From: Cycas panzhihuaensis
Taxonomy: Eukaryota; Plantae; Cycadophyta
Length of the DNA: 64,000 bases
NCBI GenBank assembly: GCA_023213395.1
Contig: CM041465.1
Span: 195,989,741-196,053,740 of the forward strand
Direction of reading: 5' to 3'
Position 1 is the stretch's first letter. The number at the start of each line of letters is the position of its first letter. The notes beneath the pieces were generated by a model, which was not told where the DNA came from, ran no database searches, and saw nothing but the letters and a program-made list of their open reading frames with translations. Positions 10,557 through 23,792 of this stretch are shown here, in pieces. The translations under genes and the position numbers were made by a program.

Positions 10557-13500
10557 CCCCCCCTTACTCTTTACAATGTTAAGTCGGACACGAAGACCAT
10601 CTCTGAATTTTACAAACTTTTCTCTACCAAGAGGTTTGGTAAAGATGTCTGTTGTCTGCTCCTCTGTAGGTCTCAGATCGGAGGTTGATCTCACCATTCG
10701 AACATGTTCTCTGATGAAGTGATGGTGAACCTCGATGTGTTTTGTCCGCGCATGAAAGACTGGATTCTTAGCTAACTTGAGCACACTTTGATTGTCGAAT
10801 GTATCCCGTGGGGTGACCGCCAAGTCCAAGTTCCCCAAGAATCCGTCAGAGCGATAGCCTCACAAGTCATACCGACCGCAGCTTTTGTACTGCCTGGAGG
10901 ACAAGGTAACATTGGGTTGCTTCTGCAACTCCACGAAACAATCACGAACCAAGGGAAAACAAGATCCCGAGGTTGATCTCCTCGCTATCTTGGCAACCCG
11001 CCTAATCGTAATCGAGAACCCTTCCAGAGTGAAGTTTCATTATGTGCATACCAAGGCCATGCCGCAAGGTGCCTTTGATGTACTTAAGTATGCGCTATCG
11101 CATTCCAAGGTATCCGATTGGTTGAGACATGTAACGTGAGCAAATCCCAACAAAGAATGAAATATCCTACGAGTGTTGGTGAGATAAATGAGACTCCCAA
11201 TCAACCGCCGCTAAAGTGTGGATCTGCGCCTTCCTCATTGAGAGCAAGCTTAGATCCATTCTCCATAGTCAGGCGTTGTTTTACTGATCCCGAATCACGC
11301 AAAATGTCCCAAGAATATTTCGCTTGGGAGATAAAGATATAGCCCGGTGTTGCCATATCTCAAAGCCTAAAAATAATGGAGAAGTCCAAGATCTGTCATC
11401 TCAAAACTTCTCTTCAAATCATCTTGGAGAATATGAATCATCTTAGTGTCACTACCGGATCACTAAGTCATCTACATACAAGGCAACAAAATCACATGGT
11501 TTTTCCATTTTTATATACAGATTAGGATCTGAAGTAGATCGATGAAACCCATGTCTCAAGAAGTAGTCATCGATCTTCGAGTACCATGCCCTAGGAGCTT
11601 GCTTCAAGCCATATAATGTCTTTTTTAGGCGATATACAAGATGCTCCTTGCCTTGTATTTTGTATCCGGGAGGTTGCTCCAACACATTTCCTCCTCAAGA
11701 TCGCCATTAAGAAAGGCGCTCTTCACGTCCATCCGTAAATGTGCCATTTGCATTGAGCGCCTAAGGCCAAGAGAAGTCTAATGGTATTCATGTTCGCCCT
11801 TTGGTGCAAAAGTTTCTTCATAATCTATGCCTTCTTTTTGTTTAAAACCTTTTGCAACAAGGCGTGCTTTTCCGCTTTTAAGTGAACCATCGAATGGAAT
11901 TTGGTCTTGTAGACCCATTTGCAAATCGACACTGCTTGTGTTTAGGCAATTCAACCAAATTCCAAGTACCATTCTTTTCAATAGAATGGATTTCTTCATC
12001 CATTGCAGCCTTCCAATTTTCATTTTTAGAAGCCTCCTCAAAAGTGGAAGGCTCATCAAAACAAAGCACTTCAGCCATAAGTGCATAATTGGTTTGCTGT
12101 CGATATTTAGATGGACGTTTTCCTTCAATGATGTGACCGTCCTGAACTGTTTGTGTGTACCATTTGGGTAACTTTTGAATTGAAGTTACTTGAACCTCAA
12201 GATCTTCTGGTGTAAGTGGTTGGTCAATAGAAGATGTGCTTGGATCAAGTGGAGCAAATTCAGTTGAAATAGACGGTCCACATAGTGCAGATGATGAACA
12301 TGGTGTAGAGGATTGAGAGGGAAGGAAGGCCTCAACAATCTTCTTGCCTTTGTCAATGGGAGGATGCATGGATGCTGTTTGCACCTCCTGGTGATCTTCT
12401 TCAACAAAGATGACATCTCTTGAGAGATGCATTTTCTTCCCTATAGGATCATACAACTTGTAGGCTTTACTGTGAATGGCATAACCTACGAAGATGCATT
12501 TTAGACTATGCTTGTCTAATTTCTTCCTTTGCTGATCGGGAATGTGCATATAAGCAGTGCACCCAAAAGTCCTTAAATGGTCGATGTGAGGCTTTTTGCC
12601 AGACCATGCCTCCTCGGGTGTCATGTTGGTGACTACTGTAGTAGGACTGCGATTGGGCACATAGGAAGCTGTGTGAAATGCTTCTGCCCAGTAAGCTCGA
12701 GTGAGTCCTTGTGCATGCATCATAGCTTTGGCTTTATTGGCCAAAGTTCTGTTCATCCATTCGGAGACTCCATTTTGTTGAGGAGTGTGAGGTATCATCA
12801 GTTGTCTTCGAATGCCGTTATCCTTGCAGTATTGGGTGAATTCATTTGATGTAAATTCACCTCCGTTCCGTCTCCGAATGTTTTGATTGAATGGCCAGAC
12901 TCATTTTCCACTTCAAGTTTGAATTCTTTGAACTTGGAAAATGCTTCAGATTTGTGTTTGATGAAGTAAACCCAAACTTTGTGAGAAAAATCATCAATGA
13001 AGGAGATATAATACAAAGCTCCTCCAAAAGATGATGTGGACATAGGTCCACACAAATCTGAATGTACTAGCTGCAGAGGATGTGATGCATGCCACGCTTT
13101 GCCTTTAGGGAAAGGCAAGCGATGCTGAGTTCCCATAATGCACGCTTCGCAAAGACATTTTGTTCCATAAATTTTAGGAAGCCCATGTACCATGTTCTTG
13201 TTGATCATCTGCCTCAAATTGTCTAAAACTCAAATGGCCTAGACGTTGATGCCAAAGTTGCATCTTGGACAAGTAAGGAGTGACAAAGGAACCAGAGTAA
13301 GCAGAATCAAGTGTTATATTATTTGCATCCAACTTGTAGAGGCCTTGATCCTCATAGCCACAAATTACTACTTGGTCTTCTTTGTCACTAATTATACATT
13401 TCCGCTTTGAACAATACACTCATCTGTTGCTTGTCCAACTGGCTAAGATAGTAAATTTTTGTCCATTGAAGGTATTAAATAGGCATTGCCATCGGAAATG

Positions 13501-14742
13501 TGGAGGAAGGATTTGATGAGGAAAAAATTGAGTGATTATGCCTACTCCAGAAATTTTGGTAGATTGATTATTCCCAAAGGCCACTGATTGACCTTTGCCT
13601 TCCTTGATGTTGGTGAGGAGCTCTTCACTTCGGTCATGTGTTGTGAAGCTCAGAATCAATAATCCAAGTTTCATCAACCTTGGATGTCCGATATGCACAA
13701 AACAGCTTTGTCTTCATCTCGCAAACCGATTAGAGTGGCGTTGATTGCCACCTCTCAAGCCCCTTCCTCTTTGACCTACTCGATAGGCACCTCGATTTGG
13801 TCGAGGGGGTTGTTGTTGCCGCCGCTGAAACCGCCGTGCACCGCTGACGGCCGCCGCTATCGCCGGTGTGGCCGCCGCCGTTGTTGGCACCGCTGGCGTG
13901 CCGCCATCGTGTGGCCGCCGTTGTTGGCACCGCTGGCGCATACTGCTTGTTGGCGAGATCCGCTTGCTTTTTCCGACACTCGGGTGCGATGTGGCGGGTT
14001 TGCCACACACGACATACAACATTGGTCCTTGAAGACCCAATGTTCATGTTCCCAAATGTTTTGAAAGTGTGTGTTTGGGTTGTTGTTTGGCCTTTGAATT
14101 GGCCGTGAATGCACTGATGTAGATGGTCCCTCCTCATTATCCTTAGAGTAGATTTGTTCTTCTTGAAGTAGCGACTTTCAAATTCATTGAATGTCATAGT
14201 TTTGAGGGAACCATCTCTTGTAGTAGATGAAATAAAGCCATTGTAGTCTTTTGGTAGGGCTTTGGTGATGGATGTGATCAGTTCATCCCTCGCTTTGGAC
14301 TTCCAAGTGTATTCAGTTCATTACATACCTCCTTGATGGAGGAAAGAAAAGCCGACATGGGCTTGATAAACCTAATAGAATACAATTTTGCTTTAACCAT
14401 TAAAATGCGAGCTTGATCTCGCCTTTCATACAATGAGGACAAGGTGTCCCAAGCTTCCTTAAGTGTTAGCACCAAAGAATATTCGATCTACATGTACATC
14501 AACAATCATGTGAAGGAATGCCAAAGCAATTTCATCTTTGGCTTCAAGCAAAGAAGCAAAGCATCATCCCGCTGCACGAATATTCCCATTGGTAACGAGA
14601 TCGGTCGAGGTAATCTCCCAGAAACATAACTCCAAAATTCGTTCATGATTAGCAAGTTCTGAGTGAGTCTCTTCTATTCTTGATAATTATCTTGTCCCGT
14701 TAGCCGAATAGTGCATGCATTTAGCATGTTTATGGCAGCCAT
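10551..14742 (-). pseudogene. E2 gag-pol polyprotein, frameshifted
   Basis: gag [90 protein letters not shown]. Confidence 0.93.
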
Positions 14743-15934
14743 GTTTCAGTTTATAAACACTTGAAGCTAGCAGATAACTTGGAAACTCAAAGCTTTCGTC
14801 GCTTAAGTTCCACCTTCTAACAAAACCAACAGTCCTGATCTTACTAGAAGATCCAACAACTGAATGGAATGATGAGGGGTGGAGGACTAGGCTATGGAGT
14901 TGGTCCAACTTGATCTTATAGAGAAGATCCAAATGTTGGCCAAGTTAAATCTAGGACAAGGCGTAGGGTTGATCCGCATGGACGTACCATGCTTTCCCCG
15001 GGATTCATGTACCCAATAACACCCTTTTCGAACATCCTTTCCTCAAGCAACCTTAATTGTCGTGCACCGACTGCAGACGGTTGGTCCCCTAGGGAATGCA
15101 CCAAGCTTAAGGTTAATTTAGAGGCAAGGTTTGAACCTTTTTCGAGCCTCTCCAACAGATTTTAAGTCACTTTTTAGCAGATTTTAAAGTAAACTTAGGT
15201 TTCTTTTTGCTTGGAAAATGTACTTACGAAAATGCTTTGATTAAGCTTTACAATAAAAGTGGCTTCAAGAGGAAGCAATGTAAGTACATGAATATGAACA
15301 CTTGTAGTGTTTTTACAATAAACACTTTAATGAAAATGTAGTGCTATGTTGATCCAAGTAAGAAACCAAATGCTTGATTACAATAAGTTTTGCAAAGTAC
15401 TTTTTGAAAAAAGAGCTTAAGTATTGAAAGAAGTAATGCAAAACTTGTGATGAAGATACAAGTGGGTTCCTTTTAATGCTGAAAAAATGAAGGTAAGAGA
15501 ACCACTTGCATGAAAAATAACATCAAGCACCAAGTGTTGGGACTTTAAATTAGTCCCAACGATAAAAAAAGTGATTTTTATTAAGTATTTGAGCCCTCTT
15601 TGAGACTAAGGGCAATAGGTCACCATGCAAGGTGCCTTAAAAGTGTTTAAAAATTTAGTGATGAGTATCACTTTTGAAAAAACACTTAAAATCACTTAAT
15701 TAACACTTGTTCAAACAATAACTAAGTGTTAAAACTTTTAAGAGCCAAAACATAGGCTGAAATTTGAAAATTGTTTGCAATTTGAACACTAAAGGACTGG
15801 ACAATCGAGAACTGAGGAATGGGGCCCACACCGGTCGGAAATGCTTTTGATCGAGGAATGGGGCCCACAAATGATTTCATGACAAAGAAGAGGCTAATTT
15901 CAGACAAGACAGAGGTCGATTTCGTGGACAAGAA

Positions 15935-16047
15935 GACTAAGATTTACCAAATAGTAGTCGATTTACCAAAGAAGATTAAGATTTACCAAAGAGTAGTGAT
16001 TTACCAAGAAAGATTCAGATTTACTAGCAAGACTAAGATTTACCAAA
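15935..16047. repeat. ~19-20 bp tandem repeats (GATTTACCAA core, about 6 copies) in the E2 leader
   Basis: Repeated GATTTACCAA/GATTTACTAG. GAGGAATGGGGCCCACA also occurs twice, at about 15814 and 15854. Confidence 0.85.
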
Positions 16048-16417
16048 CAGAGTTCAAAGCTAAAGTCATTACTGTGCACTAGAAATCACGAAAATGAGTT
16101 CTTAGTGTCGAAAGAACAATGATCCGAACTTAAACCAACTTTTAAGTGTAACCGAGTGCAAATATCAAAATAAATCACGTTTGTAACAAAGAATCATACT
16201 GCATCTAACAGCCCTTTGTCCGAAAAAAAATTCAGATCCGAGATGTACTTGCTCCACCGCAAATGTATCTCCAAAAGCTTGAACTCGCAAAAACTTCAAA
16301 CAAACCTTGATCGCCTTGAGCGAAGGTCGTCACCAAGTGTTTGTAGGCTTTCTCAGATCTCCTTGAGCGGTGCAAAATGTAATGAAGGAGCTAGTCTTCT
16401 CTTGCTCTGATACCAAA

Positions 16418-16971
16418 TGTGAAAAGATGCTAGATGGCCTCAACAGTCCCTAGATCTAGAAACTAGGATCACTCTAGTTCTAGTTGCAGAAATACAAACA
16501 AGTATAATAAACTCAAGGTAAAGAGAAAGCAAAGAGACAAAACTTGAATGAAGGAGCAAGAGAAAATGATACCCAATATGTGGAGTTGGAATTGGTCCAA
16601 CCTTCCAAGAATGAACAGCTTGATTAGCAAACTGATAGCATAACAATATAACTCCAACTCTTGTGTGAGACAATGAGGAGAGCTCTCATTATATAGAGTG
16701 AAATGAGAGACCTAAGGCCTTGGATGTTTGACACTTGTCAAACATCCAAGATACATGCCTTGCATGTTGGACATGTGTCCTTTTGGGCTCTCATGTGAGC
16801 AAAAGTGCATGAGGGTCCATTTGACCTTTTAGTGACAACGTTGTGTCACTAGAAAGAATGTGGGTGTGCACTTTATCACTTAAGTGATAAGTCACCCCTA
16901 AAGTAAAAAGTGCATATATTACATGAAAAATAAAAGTACATTAACTTAACATTTAAACATAAGGTTTAACA
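16418..16971 (-). repeat. E2 5' LTR
   Basis: TG..CA, flanked by PBS and TSD. Confidence 0.96.
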
Positions 16972-18985
16972 ACAATATCCTCCCTTTGTGCAATAGGAAT
17001 ATGTCAATTCATGATATAGAGCGACATGTATAGATATAACAAGAAAGCATGAGCATTGGAAGGACAACTTCTTCTCACATATGCACATCTTAACACAAAT
17101 ATTTGAGGTTAATGTAGGGGATTAAAGATTAACTAGATTAAATACTAATTTATGTCAAAGTTTCCCAAAAGCTTTTATCACTTGAAACATTTCAATAATT
17201 TAAAACACAATTTGATCAATCGAAATAGTTTTCATTGCAACCTTGCCTTTGTACCAAAACATTCTTGGTCAATGCAAAAGTTCCCAACTCAAATTAGAAA
17301 GTCCATAAGTCATGGTAGAAATTGTAATGTCATCATTTTTAAACATTTTGCAAAATTGAACAATTAGCCTCCTACAAGAGTCCCTATAATTTAGTAATAT
17401 ACCAAGGTATACAAATTTAAAAATTAATACAAAGCACAAGATTAGAAAACGTTACAAGTTTTATTATGAGCTTTCCTAAAATTACACATCAAAATTGCAA
17501 TGTTGGGAGTTAAATGTTTATGGAACTATTGTTGTAAGGTCCAACATGACATATAAAAAAGCATTAGGCTTTGATGTTGATGCATAATTAAACAAAGTGA
17601 CCCCTACAAGCATAAACAAGTTAAAAGTATAAGAACCACATATCCCTTGTATATTTGAGCATGTTAGCTTTCAAAGCTCAATATAAAACTAAGTTCTATG
17701 CTCAAATTTTTAAGACCCTTAACTTAGTTCAGTAAGATATGTGTTTCTATCCTTGGGATTTAAACTTAACATCAACACATAGGCAAGCATAACTTACAAA
17801 CTGTTCCACGAGCTATTATCTCGGGATCTTTGAGGTCCCGAGCATGCTTGAAAACTTTAATATCAAAACACCGCACAAGGCAATCCACTAAGTGACTGAT
17901 TCCCTCTAGGCACTGCAACATGATATTTTTGACTCATTAGCACACTCCATACCTGCATAATCACAAGATTGAGTAGAATTAATTTATTATCCAATCAACT
18001 ACCAAAACCATTTATAGGATTCTTCAATGCATACTTCTATAGGAACAAATTTACAATTGTTCTTTCATTGCAAGCTTTAATAACAAGAGGACAAGCTATA
18101 TATGCAATGTCTAAGTCCCAAAGAACTCTTCAACATAAACAATAGCAAAATGCTTAGGTTCCTCTAGTGCAAACTATCATGAGAAAAGCATAAGCTAGAT
18201 ATGAAGATAAACTGTTATAGGAGGAAAAAGTTGCCAATTAATGCACCAGTTATGAACTATATAAAGAACGCACACATTTAGTTAGGCGTCACAATCAAGA
18301 TAATATATGCATCACAAAATATACTTCAGACCTACTAACATGTAAAGAACATTAAATGGTGCCCACAATCTCACACAAGAGCATGCTCCCCCACCATAAG
18401 CACTTGAGAAAGCATCCAAATCTACAAATAGTTCACAATTGAGATTTGTTTCAAAAAAATAAGACTTCAACTTTAGAGAATAAAACATGTGGAAAGCATG
18501 AATAATCAAAGACCAAAGTATTTCCTTGCACAAAACCAAAGTTGTACTAACCAACATCTAAGGCATTCTTCCAATCATTTACACCTTCTACAAAGCTATA
18601 GGAATAAAATACCATGGAAATCCAATGCATCCTTATGATAATCAAAATGCTTCTATAAAGGATATTTGTCAACTCAATTAATACAAAACACACTTGTGCA
18701 TAAATGTTGGATATAGCCCTACACGAAAGTAAGAAACAAACAATAAACATAATAATACATTACTGTGTATTTGCTTCAAAATTGTTTCAATTTAGAACAC
18801 AAGATAGATCTAGAGAGAGAGAGAGAGAGAGATAAGTAGCATACACTTGAATAATTGGAAAACAAAATTCCTTATAATGGACCCCTAGGTAGCCATTTAT
18901 AACTCTAAGCTCCTTGATTAAAATTATCCTAATTTGTCCATGCAAAATCCCCAAATAACTACTAGTTAAACAACCACGCTTAATA

Positions 18986-19527
18986 CCACACTGGGACCCC
19001 AATCTAGGCCTTTGCGGAATTCCATGATTGCCAGACAAATCATTATGCTGAGATGCATGCCATGCTTAAAGCTATTGATCTTGCTGTGGAAGGAAATTTT
19101 CAGAGTTTGGTAATTGAGGGGGACTCTGAGGTTGTGGTAAAAATACTGAAAGAAGAGGCTCTCCCGGATAGGAGATACCAACCCTTATTCAACGATGCCA
19201 AGGAAATCATTAAGGGGTCAAGTCTCAGATAAGGCATACTTTCAGAGAAGGAAATAAGCCAGCTGACTTTCTGGCAAACTGGGGGGTGAGACACAGGATA
19301 GGCCAAGTATGGATGACTGATTTCCCTAGGGACCTCATGGTTCTGATAGAGAAGGATATGATCTGCACTAGCTAGCCGTGGGGCTTGTCCCGGCATCTAG
19401 CTCTCTGGCTTAGACCGTGAGGCTGTCACGGTCACATATTATCTAGATGCACTACACTTCTTGATGTAATAGGTTGTGGGATCCTCTTTCAAACCCACTA
19501 AAATTCATTTTATCTAATCAAAAAAAA
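18986..19527 (+). mobile_element. 5'-truncated L1-type LINE (RNase H fragment, 3' UTR, poly-A)
   Basis: Translates as TNHYAEMHAM..LVIEGDSEVVV..HTFREGNKPADFLANWG. A-tail at 19520-19530 and TSD AAACAACCACGCTTAATA (18968-18985, 19528-19545). Confidence 0.92.
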
Positions 19528-19858
19528 AAACAACCACGCTTAATATAATCTTCATGCAACCATATATATATATAATCTTCATGCAACCTACAATAAAGGT
19601 AGATCCATTATTCCAAACACGAGACTTTATGATTTTGCTTTTTCCACCTCCCACTAAATGCCTCAATCTCATGTTTAACCCCATTGTTCTTGCTTGTCAT
19701 TTTAGAGAGCTTAGCGTTGCTCACTACCCATGGGCAACACCAAAGCCCATTGTGTGTGATTTCCATGCAATTAAAAAGGGATAATGGTATCGAGGTGATA
19801 CAATAATTATTCAAAAGATTAATACATGAGTTGGGAACTAAATAGTGCAAAGGCTAAC

Positions 19859-21200
19859 AATATCCTCCTTCCTCGATTCAAGATGGCTAGGTTCCAGAAG
19901 TGCATCATCTACTCTAGAGATAAAGAAATCTACAATTCAAAAATGATGCCTTTTAAGGTTTGAACAATTTCCTATTTTCAGGGGACAAGTGTGCCTTTAT
20001 CTAGTCGAACAACCTTATATTTACGTCTTCCAACAATGGTACAATTAGAAATTGGATTCTCAACATGCTCAACCCTATTAGAATGATTGACCCACAAAGC
20101 AATAAAACATTGACAATCCAAAGTGTTTAGCTCTAAAACTTCAGATACTTGTATTGCATCTTTGATTAGTAGATTCCTCCATTTAATAAAGTGTTCCACA
20201 ATGTCTTTTGTTTTGAAATTCTTGATGCATCTCCAACATTCCTTCTAGATCCATCACTAGATTGCCTGCTCTGTCTACAATAGGTAGCTCTGTCTGTGCC
20301 TGAAGACTTTGTCTTGACGTCTTCCTAAAGCATGATAAGTTACATCACGTATTTTATAAGAGGTCTAGGGCACAATCCACTTCTACATTCCTTCTTATTT
20401 GGTACTGTCCATAGAACTTAAAGGCTAGCTTCTCTTGGATTGTTTCTTTTAGTAATGCTTGTTTGTATGATTGTAGTCTTACACACACCAAGTCTCCTTT
20501 CTTGAAGTCTATTTCATTTCAATGCTAACTTGCATGTTGGCTTCATTTGGTTTCTAGTCATACTTAGATTTTTCCTTTAATAGGCAAAAGATGTCTCAAA
20601 TTCCTTACAACCCATCCTTAACTACTTAAACCTTGATCTCAATATACATGTAATCTTTGATTGTTGGAAGTTGTATAGCTCCTACAAAAAACTACAAATT
20701 AATTTTAGGTCTTTGTTGCATATATTCTTTTTTGGAAGGCCATGTAATCAACATACTCCCTTGAGTAGTATTCCCACAACTTGATGTCATTGTAGGTTAT
20801 TTACATTGGCACGAAATGTACATATATTGGTGGTGTTACAACCGTAACATAATTTGAATCCTTCCCCTTTATTTTTGGTAATCTTGTAATAAAATCCATA
20901 GAAGTTTCTTGCCATTTATAATTTGATATTGGTAGTGGTTGCAACAAACAGAAAGAAGATATGTTATCTACTTTGTCTCTACTAGATGTCACATTCAACC
21001 ATGTATTGTTGTTTGCCCTTCTCTAACCCTTGGCAATAGAATGATTGTCAAATATTATAATGTCTTAAAATCAACATGTCATGTTTGCCAGAAATAATGT
21101 TATTCATTTTAACATTAGTAACATAATGCTTTTTTTGGAAAGTGATTACAATTGTCTATCCTGTATGCCAAGATGAATTTCATGTATTCTCCTTAAATAC
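19859..21200 (-). mobile_element. Degraded Ty3/gypsy chromovirus integrase-chromodomain fragment
   Basis: LLQPLPIS..WQETSMDFITRLPK (integrase), EHFIKWRNL..DA (chromodomain-like), and a PPT-like GAGGAAGGAGGA next to TGTTAG at about 19859. Confidence 0.75.
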
Positions 21201-22660
21201 TTGCACTATTCATTATTGTATTATAAAACAATAAAGATCATTTTTTATCTTTCTTCCATCGTTCTCCTCGTGATCGCTCAAGTCCTTCGGAGTAGAGTCC
21301 ACACTTAGTTTGTCTTCTTTTTCTGGGGTTTCTATTTCCTCTTTTGAAGTATTTTCCTCGAAATCTTCCTCTTCTGCTTGTAGGATTTCTTCTTTTTCTA
21401 TGTCCTTTCCTTTTTCCTCTAGGTTCAAGATGTCTAATTAAATTACGATAGGTGTCATCACCATTGGCTCGCCTCGCCCTTCATTCTTTATTTCTTATGG
21501 TATCTAGGTGCAACTTGCCTCAAATTCTTCCACAAATTTATTTTGATTAATTTTCTCAGTACTTAATCTCCTTGCCCTTCTCAATTTCTTCTCTTTTGCC
21601 CATCTTAAAGCTCTTTGTTGATTATGATATCCCCTTAGGTGAAGGTTTCTCCGGTGGCTCTCCCGCCTTAGAAGGCCATTTAGGTGGCACTGGAAGGTCC
21701 CCTAGCTGCCTTGGCTTATTTGAAGCCTGCCATCACCCCAACAACCAAGGTGACTTGATCTTTGTACATTAGAGAACTCTAGCTTCTCTCCTCTTTCACC
21801 CACTAGTGGACTTGGGCAATGGAACCAATGCTGACTTCCGTCTACTCCTTAGAGGAAGCACTTGTCAAAGGGACGCTTCTAGCAGTCTATGTTTGGGGCT
21901 CATAGTCAATATGCAGGTTAATCATACACAGTTATGCCACATAAGTCCACAATAACACAATAGTCACAACATCATCATAACATTATCGACCATTACATCA
22001 TCATAACCCAATCATAGATAACACATAAGACATAGTTTCCACATAACACAATTATTTCATTAAGCAATATCATAGTTTACATCAATTCCATATTCCATAT
22101 TGGAACACTATCCAACTTACAATATCCTCGACATCAGTACCAGAATTTACACCATAGAAATGAATAACTCAGTTCTCACGCTATAGCAGATGACATAAGA
22201 CTCAAATACTCAGCTCTCACATCCAAAATGGTGAGAAATGGCCTTTAAATACACCTTGCATACCCTTTGAGGAACGATTGCCACAATTGTCCTTTTAACA
22301 TAATGCATAACCTTTGGTGATAAACCCATTGATTAACCATTCGTTAATCACTAATTACACCATCCGTCCTTGTGTTCGTACCCTTCAAGTTCTATTGGCT
22401 CGCATTCCACTCGATCTGGGTTATGCTTCCCTGATGTGTTCTAATTTGTGCTGTCAATCATGTGTCCTTGTTCCAGAACACACCTTGTTGTGCGTTCCTC
22501 GAGAGGTTGTCTTTGTTGTTTTTAGCCAAAAATATGTATGTTCCATTGTCCAAGTGCATGTTGGGCTATCAAGCTACATCCACAATGACCCGTTACACAT
22601 CAATTGCTATTTGTTCCTTCAATCGAACGCACAATTGTCATATTTCACCCTAACACTAGA
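21200..22660 (-). mobile_element. Probable LTR-element 5' fragment (acidic gag-like ORF plus LTR-like region)
   Basis: EEKGKDIEKEE-rich ORF. The LTR-like segment loosely resembles 43285-43375. Boundaries uncertain. Confidence 0.4.
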
Positions 22661-22740
22661 CCAATGTAACTACTTTCTAATTACAAAAAGAAACATGAAG
22701 TTACTAATGCTAAAGGAGTAAGCATTATTTCCAACACCCC

Positions 22741-22820
22741 CTATAATGTCTACATTTTATCCCTTAACCTAATTTTCTTTCTATAATGTCTACATTTTAT
22801 CCCTTAACCTAATTTTCTTT
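22741..22820. repeat. 40 bp tandem duplication
   Basis: CTATAATGTCTACATTTTATCCCTTAACCTAATTTTCTTT twice. Confidence 0.92.
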
Positions 22821-23792
22821 CTAAAGTACATGAATTTTCCTTTTTCTAGTAGTTTGGTGAAGATGTTTGTTGGTTCCTCTTCGTTGGGATAGTAAATCTG
22901 CTCTATCTCCTAGTTTTGTACCTTTTCTCAAATAAAATGGTGATACACTTCTATATGTTTGGTTTGAATGTGAAAGGTAGGATTTTTACCAAGTTCGATG
23001 GCACTTTAATTGTTGTAGTAGATTGTCATATGTTGTTGTTAAGGCTGTTTAGTTCTTCTAGGAGCTTCAAGAGCCATATTACTTCACAAGTAGTGTTGAC
23101 TACTGCTTTGTACTCAACTTCAGTGGGTGATAGAGCAACTGACTACTATTTCTTATTGCTCCAAGAGATCATTCTTGAACCTAGGATAAAACAATATCCA
23201 GAAGTGGATTTTCTATCTTTAGTTTCTCTTGCCTAGTCTGAGTCAGTATACCCTACTAATTCAAGTTTCCAGTTTCTTCAATATTCTATACCAAGATTTA
23301 TTGTTCCTTTGACATATCTTAGTATCCCCCTTATAGCCTACCAATGTGATTCCTTAGGGGATGCCATGAATCTTGAGATTATTCCTATTACAAAGACAAG
23401 ATTTGGTCGCATTATAGTTAAGTATATCAAGCTACCAACCAAATTCCTATATAAGGTCACATCCACTAGTTTTCCTCCCCCATCAATTGTACATTTGTTC
23501 CCAATTACCACTGGTGCGGTTGTAAGTTTCCACTCTAAGATGTTGAATACTTGTAGAATTTTCTTCGCATATTTTGACTAGGACAGATATATGCTCGTTG
23601 CCATTTGATCAACCTCTATTCCCAAATAATAGTGTAGTAGGCCCATGTCTGTCTTTTCAAAGGATTCACTCAACATTTTTTGGTTAACTAAATATTTCCA
23701 CCATCACTTCTTGTAAGAACCAGATCATCCACATATAGAACCAATAGTGTGATTAACTCCCCCTTACCTAATTTGATGTATAGGCTAGGATC

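Larger units (their letters stand above)
10005..16971 (-). mobile_element. Complete Ty1/copia LTR retrotransposon E2 (7.0 kb)
   Basis: LTRs 10005-10556 and 16418-16971 (about 9 substitutions and one 2 bp indel). Perfect TSD ACAAT (10000-10004, 16972-16976). PBS TGGTATCAGAGC at 16415-16404 and G-tract PPT at 10557-10565. Confidence 0.97.

Noticed and set aside
13684-14197. GC-rich overlapping ORFs as a captured foreign gene
   Set aside because: They lie at the gag zinc-knuckle/linker position of E2 and are more simply explained as a low-complexity linker plus consensus error.
18336-18421. DLDAF as an RdRP DLDGD motif, or a KDZ transposase identity for the host locus
   Set aside because: The catalytic residues and surrounding motifs do not match, so no family assignment is supported.
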